DNA of 28,494 bases, taken from positions 1-28,494 of IMG/VR virus record IMGVR_UViG_3300025110_000090; one strand, 5' to 3'. Of this stretch, positions 7,941 through 16,590 are shown one piece after another. The position numbers and the translations under genes were made by a program. The notes beneath the pieces are model-generated. The model worked only from the letters and a program-made list of their open reading frames with translations. It was not told the origin of the DNA and did no database searches. The DNA comes from a virus. Taxonomy: Duplodnaviria > Caudoviricetes. The stretch's first letter is position 1, and the number at the start of each line of letters is the position of its first letter.

Positions 7941-8032
7941 AAGTTTCTCCCTATGAGTTACATCTATAGTAGTTAGTAACACGTCACATGTCGTGTTTTT
8001 GTTCAATAAGTTTTAGGAGTTAGAGATCCCAG
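7941..8032. promoter_or_regulatory. Divergent promoter region between LAGLIDADG pair and capsid gene
   Basis: Overlapping -10-like hexamers TATAGT (+, 7965-70) and TACTAT (-, 7971-66) inside GTTAC-N14-GTAAC; AACACG/CGTGTT hairpin; AGGAG SD for the capsid gene. Confidence 0.5.
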
Positions 8033-9175
8033 ATGTGGATTGACAATGATTTCCCAAAACTGCTTGGCGCAGAGCTTTATAGACCCCATCCCGGTTATAT
8101 CATCGAGATGGCTGTAGAGCCTGTAGTCGTTCATGACTTTGCTAAACAACCAGGTCAAACGGTTCAACTCGACCGTTATAGATTTTGGGGCAACCCTGGA
8201 AATAAAGATTCCAGAGAGCGTACAGCAGATCAGACACTCGGCACAGCGTCTAGCAGAAATATCGTTAAGGATAAAGTACTTGTTAACTTGAAAGAGTATA
8301 CAGGTCCTGCAGATCCTACCGACGCAACTTCTCCTTCAACCTTCAAGGTTGCTCGTGAGACATTGCTAACAGCACAGAGATTGCTACTTGATACCGGCAA
8401 CCTCAACGTTTTTCATCAGAGTATAGGTAGTTTAACTCTTTTAGACGACTACAGACGTTGGCGTGACAGGGTTTTCGCAGATGAGCTATTTAAAGCAGAA
8501 GCTAACGGAAACGCATCTGACAGCCAAGGTGGATACTTCTTCCCTGGTGGTTCAGCTAAAGCAGCAGCAGCTCCATTCTTCACATATGGTGCAGGTATCT
8601 CCGCTAAGTTCGACGTAAAGACTGACTTACTGCAAGTTGTAAAAGACATGCGTAAGCGCAACGTACCAACTTTTAGCGACGGTTACTACAGATGTATCGC
8701 CGATCCTACGGCAATGATGCATTTGCGCCAAAACGACTCATTCCGTGAGATAGCTCGGTATGCAGGCAACGGCATGGTTAACCCCATGAATCCAGAGCAG
8801 GCTCCTAATGCTAACTTCTTCCAAGGTATGGGTCCAGCTTACGGACAAGCTGGTTTCGTAGCCGGTCAGCCGGTGATGCCTACCGGATTTTTGTTTGAGG
8901 GCGTAAGATGGTTCGAATCAACCAACTTACCTGAGAAAACTATTAACGCAACTGTTCCTGTAGCCGCCGCTGGTGCTGCAGATTACAACATTGCTCCAAT
9001 GTTATTCTTCGGACCTCAAGCTGTAGGTGTTGGTATTGGTGGCAACAACGCTCAAATTTTACTTAATAATAACGACGATTTTTCGCGCTTTATTATTATG
9101 ATTTGGTCCTTGTTTGCTGGTTTTGAAATCCTTAATAAGGACTTCATTACCGTTGCTTACTCATTCGTATATTGA
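8033..9175 (+). CDS. Major capsid protein (HK97 fold, loosely N4-gp56-like)
   Basis: 380 aa; QPGQTVQLDRY and GFLFEGVRWFESTN are capsid-like motifs; strong SD; lies at the head of the structural operon. Confidence 0.8.
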   Translation: MWIDNDFPKLLGAELYRPHPGYIIEMAVEPVVVHDFAKQPGQTVQLDRYRFWGNPGNKDSRERTADQTLGTASSRNIVKDKVLVNLKEYTGPADPTDATSPSTFKVARETLLTAQRLLLDTGNLNVFHQSIGSLTLLDDYRRWRDRVFADELFKAEANGNASDSQGGYFFPGGSAKAAAAPFFTYGAGISAKFDVKTDLLQVVKDMRKRNVPTFSDGYYRCIADPTAMMHLRQNDSFREIARYAGNGMVNPMNPEQAPNANFFQGMGPAYGQAGFVAGQPVMPTGFLFEGVRWFESTNLPEKTINATVPVAAAGAADYNIAPMLFFGPQAVGVGIGGNNAQILLNNNDDFSRFIIMIWSLFAGFEILNKDFITVAYSFVY

Positions 9176-9192
9176 GGAGGTAACTAACAATC

Positions 9193-9828
9193 ATGGCTAA
9201 AAAGATTTTCCCTGGAAACTGGGTTACAACACTCAGTAGTTATCAAGGTCAGCCAGTTGTGGCTGTTCCTGGTAGACAGTACTACCAAAAAATTGGTTAT
9301 GCTCTCGTTGACTCCACAGGTGGCACCGAGTTTGACGTAATCATCCCAAGTCCTGATATGCGTGCCGACGACAAAGTTCGTGCAAATATCACTGGTCTAA
9401 CTATCCCTGCAGATGCAAACGTCTACCACGTTGGTATTCGTGTGCCTGACACAAGGAAGAATAAGGATGCTGGAACCGCTACCTCTGGTCTAGTCGGTAC
9501 CAACACAGACACTATTGCTGTCAAAGACGCTGCAGCTTCTGCTGCTGCCACTATCAGCACAACAGTAGTTTCTACTCCAACAATCGCAGTTGCTCTTACA
9601 ACTATTGCTCCTACTTCTGCAAAGAAAGGAGTTGTAGCAGCCCAGACATTAGCTGGTGCTGAGACTCTAAAGGTCTATGTACGTAACGCTGCTGGTAACG
9701 GTACAGGTAGTAACCTATCTTCTACTGCTGCTGGTGGTACACCAATCATCGTTGAAGTTGCTTACTTCGTCGAAGATGACGTGCCTGATGTTGATTCAAC
9801 TTTCGTTCCTTATATCACTGAGACATAA
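9193..9828 (+). CDS. Capsid-associated / decoration protein
   Basis: Ala/Thr/Val-rich 211 aa directly after the capsid gene, GAGGAGG SD, shares its terminator. Confidence 0.55.
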   Translation: MAKKIFPGNWVTTLSSYQGQPVVAVPGRQYYQKIGYALVDSTGGTEFDVIIPSPDMRADDKVRANITGLTIPADANVYHVGIRVPDTRKNKDAGTATSGLVGTNTDTIAVKDAAASAAATISTTVVSTPTIAVALTTIAPTSAKKGVVAAQTLAGAETLKVYVRNAAGNGTGSNLSSTAAGGTPIIVEVAYFVEDDVPDVDSTFVPYITET

Positions 9829-9862
9829 ATAGAAGCTAAAACTTCTGTTTGTCCCTATAGTG

Positions 9863-9892
9863 GAGGCATCTTGTATAAGGTGCCTCTTTTTT
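9863..9892 (+). terminator. Intrinsic terminator of capsid operon
   Basis: GAGGCATCTT-gtat-AAGGTGCCTC-TTTTTT. Confidence 0.85.
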
Positions 9893-9898
9893 ATTGTT

Positions 9899-10327
9899 AT
9901 GGCGTTATATCAAAATCTAAAGAATGGTCAGATCGTGGACTTCATTGGACATCACGACAAAGATTGGGCCATGGTCAAAAATGCTACAGGAGTAGTTCAG
10001 TACGTTGCTCTTGCTGATTTAGAAGCTTACGAGCCAGGGAAAGGTAAGACAGGTCAGAAGATAGAAACACCAGAAATATTGAAGGATGAAGAAGACGTCA
10101 TGCCTGAGTCAGTCATCCCTGCAGACAACAGATTGAACTTAAATTTGGCTACTGCTGAAGGTATTGCTAAGACTGTAAAAGGAGTTGGTTATGCCACTGC
10201 TAAAAAAATAGTAGAGCTACGTTTATCTTTACCTGGCGAAAAATTTAAAAATCTAGAGCAATTACGCAAAATCACTCGTGTTGATTGGGACGAAGTATTT
10301 AAGAATGATTTGATTTACCTACAATAA
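9899..10327 (+). CDS. Helix-hairpin-helix (ComEA-like) DNA-binding protein
   Basis: RLNLNLATAEGIAKTVKGVGYATAKKIVELR...KFKNLEQL matches the ComEA HhH pattern. Start reassigned to ATG 9899, after the terminator. Confidence 0.75.
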   Translation: MALYQNLKNGQIVDFIGHHDKDWAMVKNATGVVQYVALADLEAYEPGKGKTGQKIETPEILKDEEDVMPESVIPADNRLNLNLATAEGIAKTVKGVGYATAKKIVELRLSLPGEKFKNLEQLRKITRVDWDEVFKNDLIYLQ

Positions 10328-10350
10328 GAAATAGGTTGGCTACATAGCTA

Positions 10351-10836
10351 TTGGAATTAAACGATTACGACAAAAGCCGATGTCGATTTCACCTCGGCTA
10401 CAACACAGGGGCTAACCTCCCTGCGGGTGACATTGCTCGACTAGAAGAAGCAATGGCTCGAATTCCTGATAGCTATTTTTTTACACGAGTGATAGAACAT
10501 ATCAATCGATGTGATAAAGCTTATAAGCTGTCTCAAGTTTTCAGGGTTGAAACTCAGCCACAACCAAGTCGTATCGAAAGGATTACTGGAGATACTGATA
10601 GGGCAATTTTTCAGTCAGACCCTATAAAGGCAGATAAAGATTACAGGGAAATATACTTAAGAGAAGTAGACCGTCTAGCTGAAACTCTATACGTTGCAAA
10701 CTATCGTAGAGACGAAGTTCGCAGATATGCCTTCGCTCGTTCTGGCGGAGAGTTTATTATGTCTATTAAGGGACCAGCAGATACTGCTGTTGGTACGAGA
10801 GTATCTCAAGCTGTTGGCTCAATGAATTGGAGGTAA
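10351..10836 (+). CDS. Probable head completion / head-tail adaptor protein
   Basis: Helical 161 aa with N-terminal DKSRCRFHLGY; position downstream of capsid genes. Confidence 0.5.
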   Translation: MELNDYDKSRCRFHLGYNTGANLPAGDIARLEEAMARIPDSYFFTRVIEHINRCDKAYKLSQVFRVETQPQPSRIERITGDTDRAIFQSDPIKADKDYREIYLREVDRLAETLYVANYRRDEVRRYAFARSGGEFIMSIKGPADTAVGTRVSQAVGSMNWR

Positions 10837-11345
10837 TGATGTATCCAGCACCAGGTTTTGGACAAGTAACGCAAACATCTAATCAAGAGAGAGCCGAAAA
10901 AGAACGGCTTAATCAGATGTTGCAAAATGCAGGTATTTCTGTGGGAGATTCTCCTTACACAGAGAATTTAGCTACAGAAACACAAGAAGAGAGAGGGGAT
11001 ATCTCAGGAGCTGGCATTGCTCCTCCACCTACTCCTGTAGCTGGAAATGATTTGGAATTTGCAGGAGGCAATTTACCTGCAGAACACAACAGACAAGAAT
11101 TAGCTAAGCAAGGTGCTCAACCTAATTTTGCTCAAGCTTTTAATACAGGCGGAAGTAACACAACAGAATTAAACACAGGGATTAGTCCTGGCTCTACTGG
11201 TGTAGAAGCAGCTTTAAACGTGCAACCATCTAACTTAGTAACTGACCAAGATGTGCAAGCACAGCAGGATAGGACTCAGATTAAAGATAAGTTCATGGGT
11301 CTTTCTAAAAGATATAACATGGATATGGCAATGAGGAATGCGTAA
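10836..11345 (+). CDS. Hypothetical low-complexity protein
   Basis: ATG 10836 overlaps the upstream TAA; GGAGG SD. Confidence 0.65.
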   Translation: MMYPAPGFGQVTQTSNQERAEKERLNQMLQNAGISVGDSPYTENLATETQEERGDISGAGIAPPPTPVAGNDLEFAGGNLPAEHNRQELAKQGAQPNFAQAFNTGGSNTTELNTGISPGSTGVEAALNVQPSNLVTDQDVQAQQDRTQIKDKFMGLSKRYNMDMAMRNA

Positions 11346-11812
11346 TGAATAATTCTAAAAAAGATTCATCAAAATCCATGCGTTATAAGGAAGGTCCTAA
11401 AAGATCTTTCAGACCTAACGAATGGTATTTAAATCAAAAGGTGCATTCAGAGACAGATAAATTTTTCTCTGGCAGCAAAGGAGGAGTGCCTAATAATCCT
11501 GAAAATGCTAATTCTTTCAGACCAATTAGTGCTCCTATTAACCCGCAGGAGTCAATGTCAGGTGACTTTGTAAAAAGAAAAAATCCTTATGGAGACGCCG
11601 AGCAGATTACAGAAGGTGAAGGACCAACATTAGTACGTCCAAACCAAAGAGGTTCTAGTTTTGATCCTCCTCCTGTCCCTGTAGATAAACCTGGTAAGGT
11701 TGTACCACCAAAAGCCTCTAAAAGAAAAGGCATGAATACAGGTGTAAGTCTTATTGATCAAGGACCGCAACGTGACGTTCCTGAACCTTTTTTCACAGGA
11801 ATTAAATCATGA
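11345..11812 (+). CDS. Hypothetical Pro/Lys-rich protein
   Basis: TAATG coupling with the upstream gene. Confidence 0.65.
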   Translation: MNNSKKDSSKSMRYKEGPKRSFRPNEWYLNQKVHSETDKFFSGSKGGVPNNPENANSFRPISAPINPQESMSGDFVKRKNPYGDAEQITEGEGPTLVRPNQRGSSFDPPPVPVDKPGKVVPPKASKRKGMNTGVSLIDQGPQRDVPEPFFTGIKS

Positions 11813-11850
11813 GTTTAATTCGTATAAAATCCATATAGAAGAGGTAACTA

Positions 11851-12387
11851 ATGGCTACTACAAGTTCAAATAAAATGCCGTTATTGGTCGACAGACCATT
11901 ACATGCATTTGCTACTATCGGCGGCACTGCTGCTTTAACGACAGCAACTAATTTAAATACCCCTAGTTCGGCTGGCTGTACATTACTCGTTGATTGTTCT
12001 TCAAACGACGGAGCGATAATTGATAGCTTATCAATCATTGCTAACGAAGCGGTAACAACAGCATCTAACGTTATTGTTTTCATTAGTACAGCAACAACGT
12101 CTGCAAACATTACAACTGCTAATACAGTGGCAGTCGCTATGGGCGGTATTACTTCTGTAGCAAAAGGTGATAGAACTAATATTTCCTTACCTCCTTTAAC
12201 AGTTCCCGTCCCAAATTTGGCAAGTCCTGCAGCGACGATGGCAGCATATCCAACAGAAACTGATAAAAAGAATACTGGTTTATACGTTCCTTCTAGTGCG
12301 TTGGTTTATGTAGGGGTAGATGCTGCCTTAACTGCTCCTTCTGCTAATACTCGTGTGCATGTTTTCGCTCAAGGCGGATTCTTTTAA
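11851..12387 (+). CDS. Probable virion structural protein
   Basis: Thr/Ala-rich beta protein ending VFAQGGFF; GAGG SD. Confidence 0.6.
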   Translation: MATTSSNKMPLLVDRPLHAFATIGGTAALTTATNLNTPSSAGCTLLVDCSSNDGAIIDSLSIIANEAVTTASNVIVFISTATTSANITTANTVAVAMGGITSVAKGDRTNISLPPLTVPVPNLASPAATMAAYPTETDKKNTGLYVPSSALVYVGVDAALTAPSANTRVHVFAQGGFF

Positions 12388-12390
12388 ATT

Positions 12391-14241
12391 ATGCCTTCTG
12401 CTACTGACACCTCTAGTTTTCTCGATAATCTTTATCGAGCTAAATTTAATCGTGAACCAGACGCTGCAGGAAAAGCATATTGGTCAGGTCAATTAGCGGC
12501 TGGAAAGATCAGTCGAGATAACGTATCAAAAAGTTTTGATCAGTCTCCAGAAATGGAGAAGATTAAAAATGAAACAGTTACCACGACTAGCAATGTAGCG
12601 GCAGCCAATACAGCCAACGATCTTGCAACTGATAATGTAGCTACTACGTCTACAGCAGCAATTAATAATTATGTTGCATCTAACAATAACTCTAATAACA
12701 ACACATCAAATAATAATGTAACTATTACAGCCTCCACAGGAGGAGGTGGTTCTGGCCCTCAACAAACTACTAGTTCCAGTAATAACAGCTCTTCAGGAGG
12801 AGGAAGCTCTTCAGGAGGAGGAAGTTCTTCTAATTCGAATTGGCTTCAAGAATTTTATACAGCCAATAACATTAATGCTGGATTACTTGATAATGATGCT
12901 AAAGCCTACTGGGAAAACGAAGCGGCGACAAAAGGTATAGAAGCAACTAAAAACGTTATAGAAAATACAGCAAAAGCTCAGGGAAATTTTGGTGTTGATA
13001 CTGATTTAGATACTTTTTTAACAGATTCTTACAACGAGGTTTTTTCTCGACAAGCTGCTGACAGTGGCAATGACGTGTACGATCAAGCAGGATTTGATTA
13101 TTGGAAACAAGAAATTTTAGACGGTAAAACGTCTAGAAATGATATCGTCGATCATTTCAATCGTTCAGATGAAAAAACTGGTGATAAAACAATTACGTTA
13201 GCTGATGGAACAACGGGCACGGTTTCCGCAGATGAGGCTTGGCTAAGAAGTCTTTACAGTAACCCAGATATTTTAAATAGAGAGATTGGTACTGAGGGCT
13301 TGGATTATTGGTTAGGAGACTTAGCTGGTACTACAGAGGGGCGAGGAGGCGTCAAATCTACTCGTGGAGAAGTCCTAGCAAATATCAAACTCTCTAAAGA
13401 GTATGCATGTAATCAGGATTCTTCCAGAGTTTGGACTGGTTCAGATTGTGTGGAACCTACGACTACTACTTGCCCTGATGGACAAGTTGGTACACCACCT
13501 AATTGCCAACCTGTAACTACTACTTGTCCTGCTGGAACGACGGGAACTCCTCCTGATTGTGATCCGATTATTGATGTAGACGATACCTGTCCTGCTGGAC
13601 AAACTGGTACTCCACCTAACTGTGTAGATGACTCTGGTGATCCTGTAGAGACTACTTGCCCTGCAGGTTACTCAGGTACTCCACCTGATTGCAAAATTGA
13701 TTCTGGGTATGGAAACGACACAACATTCAAAAATGATGGTGATGAAGGAACATGGATGGGAGATGAAAATAGTGCAAATACTCAGACCTCTTATTTAAAC
13801 CAAAAAACTAAAGAATACGAAGATCTTTATCAAACTTCTTTAAACGAGCAAGCAAACCTTAATGATGCTTTAGAAGAAGATAGGGTTCGCTACGGAGAAT
13901 TATCTAGTAGATATGGTCAGTTAAAAGCAGATTATGAAGATGCACGTCGTGAAGCTGATTCCTACATAGACGCACAAAGAGCAGACGAAACTGGTCAGTT
14001 AAGAAGAGGTAGCACAGTTTCAGGAAATCAAGCCAGTATTGGTTCTCGTGATTTAAAATCTGGATCAGGAGCTTATGGAAATAATGAAGATAGAGATTAC
14101 GGACAAGTTACATCAGGTCCTATTACTATCGATGATCGGCCTTTTGCTCGTCGTGGAATGAAGAAAGGCTCTTCCACTGGTTCAACATATTTTGATAATA
14201 GAAGTAGGTTTAACAGAGGCGAGAACGCAACATACTACTAA
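12391..14241 (+). CDS. Modular protein: about four DUF4214-like domains, Ser/Asn/Gly linker, four Cys-Pro repeats, coiled coil
   Basis: Repeated (F/W)L..LY...(F/L)NRE.D..G..YW...L..G..SR..V......S.E units; CPxGxxGTPPxC x4; helical acidic segment. Confidence 0.7.
   Translation: MPSATDTSSFLDNLYRAKFNREPDAAGKAYWSGQLAAGKISRDNVSKSFDQSPEMEKIKNETVTTTSNVAAANTANDLATDNVATTSTAAINNYVASNNNSNNNTSNNNVTITASTGGGGSGPQQTTSSSNNSSSGGGSSSGGGSSSNSNWLQEFYTANNINAGLLDNDAKAYWENEAATKGIEATKNVIENTAKAQGNFGVDTDLDTFLTDSYNEVFSRQAADSGNDVYDQAGFDYWKQEILDGKTSRNDIVDHFNRSDEKTGDKTITLADGTTGTVSADEAWLRSLYSNPDILNREIGTEGLDYWLGDLAGTTEGRGGVKSTRGEVLANIKLSKEYACNQDSSRVWTGSDCVEPTTTTCPDGQVGTPPNCQPVTTTCPAGTTGTPPDCDPIIDVDDTCPAGQTGTPPNCVDDSGDPVETTCPAGYSGTPPDCKIDSGYGNDTTFKNDGDEGTWMGDENSANTQTSYLNQKTKEYEDLYQTSLNEQANLNDALEEDRVRYGELSSRYGQLKADYEDARREADSYIDAQRADETGQLRRGSTVSGNQASIGSRDLKSGSGAYGNNEDRDYGQVTSGPITIDDRPFARRGMKKGSSTGSTYFDNRSRFNRGENATYY
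13471..13692 (+). repeat. Four CPxGxxGTPP(N/D)C peptide repeats
   Basis: CPDGQVGTPPNC, CPAGTTGTPPDC, CPAGQTGTPPNC, CPAGYSGTPPDC. Confidence 0.9.
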
Positions 14242-14247
14242 ATAGAT

Positions 14248-15651
14248 ATGCCTAAAGGATTAGGATCTATGAGCAAAGGTTTCGGGTTACAACCAGTGAC
14301 TCGTGGATTAGCTCCTAGGGCTAAAGGTTTATATCCTACAAAGACTACAGGAGCTGGTCAGTATGGAACGATTACTTTTCCTACAGTTATAGAAAATTAC
14401 AATAGAACGACTGACTATAAACGTTGGCAATTAGGACAAGCATATTTCTTTGGCACAGGTAGATCTTGGGATGACAAAGCTTTATATAGCAATACTCGTT
14501 TCTCAACAGGAGCAGTCAGCGGAGTATCTAAAGACATCGTCACGATGTTTCCTAGTAAATCAAGTCCAGAAAGAACTTGGTACGTAGGAACTCGAACTCG
14601 AGGAAGTGTTATTCTGCCTCAACCTTTAAGCTCTTCTGCTATATCAACGTTTACTTCAGATCCAGACCCTGCTAATCACACATTAGTTTACGACGTAAGC
14701 GGTGTTTTAAATGCAATTCAAGTTGGCATCTTCAATGTATTCATTGGAGATCAATTTGAAGATACAGCAAGCGGCAATAATTACCCTGCCGATGTCATTG
14801 AAAACCCAGTTGGAAGCGTTGCTTTAACCCTTATAGCAGCTAGCAGTAGTGCTATGACGTTAACTTTTGATTTATCAAAAGCATACGGAAGAATTAAAGT
14901 TAATAATACAACTTATTGGAAAAAATTAGATTATGACCCTGCTAATCCTAATGTATGGAACACTAGTAATGGCAGGCATTTATGCTCTTCCCATAAGTTT
15001 TTTTGTTGCTGCCCTGATCACTTAGGAGGAGCTTTAGCTAACTTAGAATTTCCAAAAGAAAATGGAGGAATAGATGCATTTCCTCTTCCTAATGCCAGTA
15101 GGAATGTTTTTTCTGCGTGGGAAAAGGAAGGTGTAGGTTATTACAGACAGTGGAGAAGTCTCCCTAGGCGAATTGATGCACGTCGCGAATGTAAACACAT
15201 GCATGCAATGAGATGGGAGGCAGGAGTTCCTTGGTACGAGCCTAATGATTACCCTATTAATGAAGATGAAAATAGGATGTTTTCAGATCAGCTCGAAAGA
15301 GATTTTGATAATGAAGTTTATAGAGAATACAATGCTAGACATCGTATTAACTATGATCGCTATATTTTATCTTTAGCCGAAGTGGTTGGATTAGAGTTAT
15401 TCCCAGGTGGAGATGTTCGAGATAATATTCGTCCTTCTTCCTTGCCTATGCTATGGAATGATGCTGAACAACCTTTGGTGTCTTGGTGTAGGCAAAACGA
15501 TTGGTGGCTCAAGCGAGGCACTCAACAGCTACGTATATTCAATAGTGCAACACAGGCTTTTGAATCAGTAGTCAATCAAGGAGGTATTGAATACCCCATG
15601 GTGGAATCTGTCGTTGGTGGATCTGCAAATGCTCCTGTCATTATCAAGTAA
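14248..15651 (+). CDS. Protein with SWIM-like zinc finger in the structural cluster
   Basis: FFCCCPDH...(about 60 aa)...RECKHMHA fits CxC...CxH. Confidence 0.55.
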   Translation: MPKGLGSMSKGFGLQPVTRGLAPRAKGLYPTKTTGAGQYGTITFPTVIENYNRTTDYKRWQLGQAYFFGTGRSWDDKALYSNTRFSTGAVSGVSKDIVTMFPSKSSPERTWYVGTRTRGSVILPQPLSSSAISTFTSDPDPANHTLVYDVSGVLNAIQVGIFNVFIGDQFEDTASGNNYPADVIENPVGSVALTLIAASSSAMTLTFDLSKAYGRIKVNNTTYWKKLDYDPANPNVWNTSNGRHLCSSHKFFCCCPDHLGGALANLEFPKENGGIDAFPLPNASRNVFSAWEKEGVGYYRQWRSLPRRIDARRECKHMHAMRWEAGVPWYEPNDYPINEDENRMFSDQLERDFDNEVYREYNARHRINYDRYILSLAEVVGLELFPGGDVRDNIRPSSLPMLWNDAEQPLVSWCRQNDWWLKRGTQQLRIFNSATQAFESVVNQGGIEYPMVESVVGGSANAPVIIK

Positions 15652-15660
15652 AATTAAACT

Positions 15661-16209
15661 ATGGCAGCTTATCCTGAAAACACTGGTGGAATTATCTCTG
15701 CCATACAAGCCTGCATTGTTGCGGCAGGAGGAACATTGACACAAGAGTATCCAAAAAATACAGGTGGAATTATTTCTGCACTATTAACCTTACAATCAGC
15801 TATAGCTGGTGGTGGTGGTGGTGGTGGCGGCGGTAGCGTCGTTGTCGAGTTAGAAGCAAATACCGACCTAGGAATAGGTGATGCTGTTCGAGTTCTTTCA
15901 GACGGCAAAGTTGCTAAAGCTCACCAAGCCACAGATGGTAGAGGAGGAGCAACTGTTGCAGGCTTGGTTAAAGAAGATGTATCTGTTGGTGGAACAGCAA
16001 AAATCATAGTGGCAGGGCCTGTCGACGTGACAGGATGGGCTCAAACACCGACAGACTTGACAATAGGTGCTGCTTATTTTTTGAATGGCTTTGGAACACT
16101 GTCTACGACTCCACCCTCTGCTACAGACAATTACGTAACGTTCATAGGAGAAGCAGTGGAAACAAAGAAAATTATTTTAAATATTGACGTTCCTGTATTA
16201 CTGAAGTAA
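15661..16209 (+). CDS. Virion protein with duplicated N-terminal motif and cement-like beta domain
   Basis: YPxNTGGIISA twice, poly-Gly hinge, then GDAVRV...VAGLV...G.L..GAAYFL..GTLSTTPP...IGEAV. Confidence 0.6.
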   Translation: MAAYPENTGGIISAIQACIVAAGGTLTQEYPKNTGGIISALLTLQSAIAGGGGGGGGGSVVVELEANTDLGIGDAVRVLSDGKVAKAHQATDGRGGATVAGLVKEDVSVGGTAKIIVAGPVDVTGWAQTPTDLTIGAAYFLNGFGTLSTTPPSATDNYVTFIGEAVETKKIILNIDVPVLLK

Positions 16210-16590
16210 ATGGCAACACGCAAACCCATTGTTTACATTGACGGTTACCCAGGGGAACTAGATGTAACTAGTGATCGTTTAAATCTTCCTTTCATTTTCA
16301 GAGCAGGAACTGCTCCCACTGCAGAAGAAGCCGACATTTGGTATGACACAACTGCTGGCATTCTAAAAATGTGGAATGGTAGTGGTTGGGATAACATTGA
16401 CACGAAAAATGCAGTATATGTTCAAGGTTCGGCTCCGGGTTCAGGAATGTCTCAAGGTGATTGGTGGTACAACACAACGACGACAGGCTTTAGTATGTAT
16501 TTAGCTGGTTCTATAAATCAATGGACTACTGTAACTAGTGGTTCCGGAGGTGGAGGCGGCTCTATCAGTGATATCCTTGCCTACGGTTAA
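16210..16590 (+). CDS. Tail-associated protein
   Basis: Two AP....GD.WY.T....L..(W/Y).G...W units typical of phage fibre proteins. Confidence 0.65.
   Translation: MATRKPIVYIDGYPGELDVTSDRLNLPFIFRAGTAPTAEEADIWYDTTAGILKMWNGSGWDNIDTKNAVYVQGSAPGSGMSQGDWWYNTTTTGFSMYLAGSINQWTTVTSGSGGGGGSISDILAYG

Noticed and set aside
9899-10327. PsbU homolog (also HhH-like) as a photosynthesis gene
   Set aside because: No signal peptide or PsbU-specific motif; closer to the ComEA pattern and located in the head module.
12788-12830. Tandem 18-bp repeat, plus GGT/GAC triplet runs elsewhere
   Set aside because: These encode Ser-Gly, poly-Gly or poly-Asp linkers; not CRISPR or phase-variation tracts.
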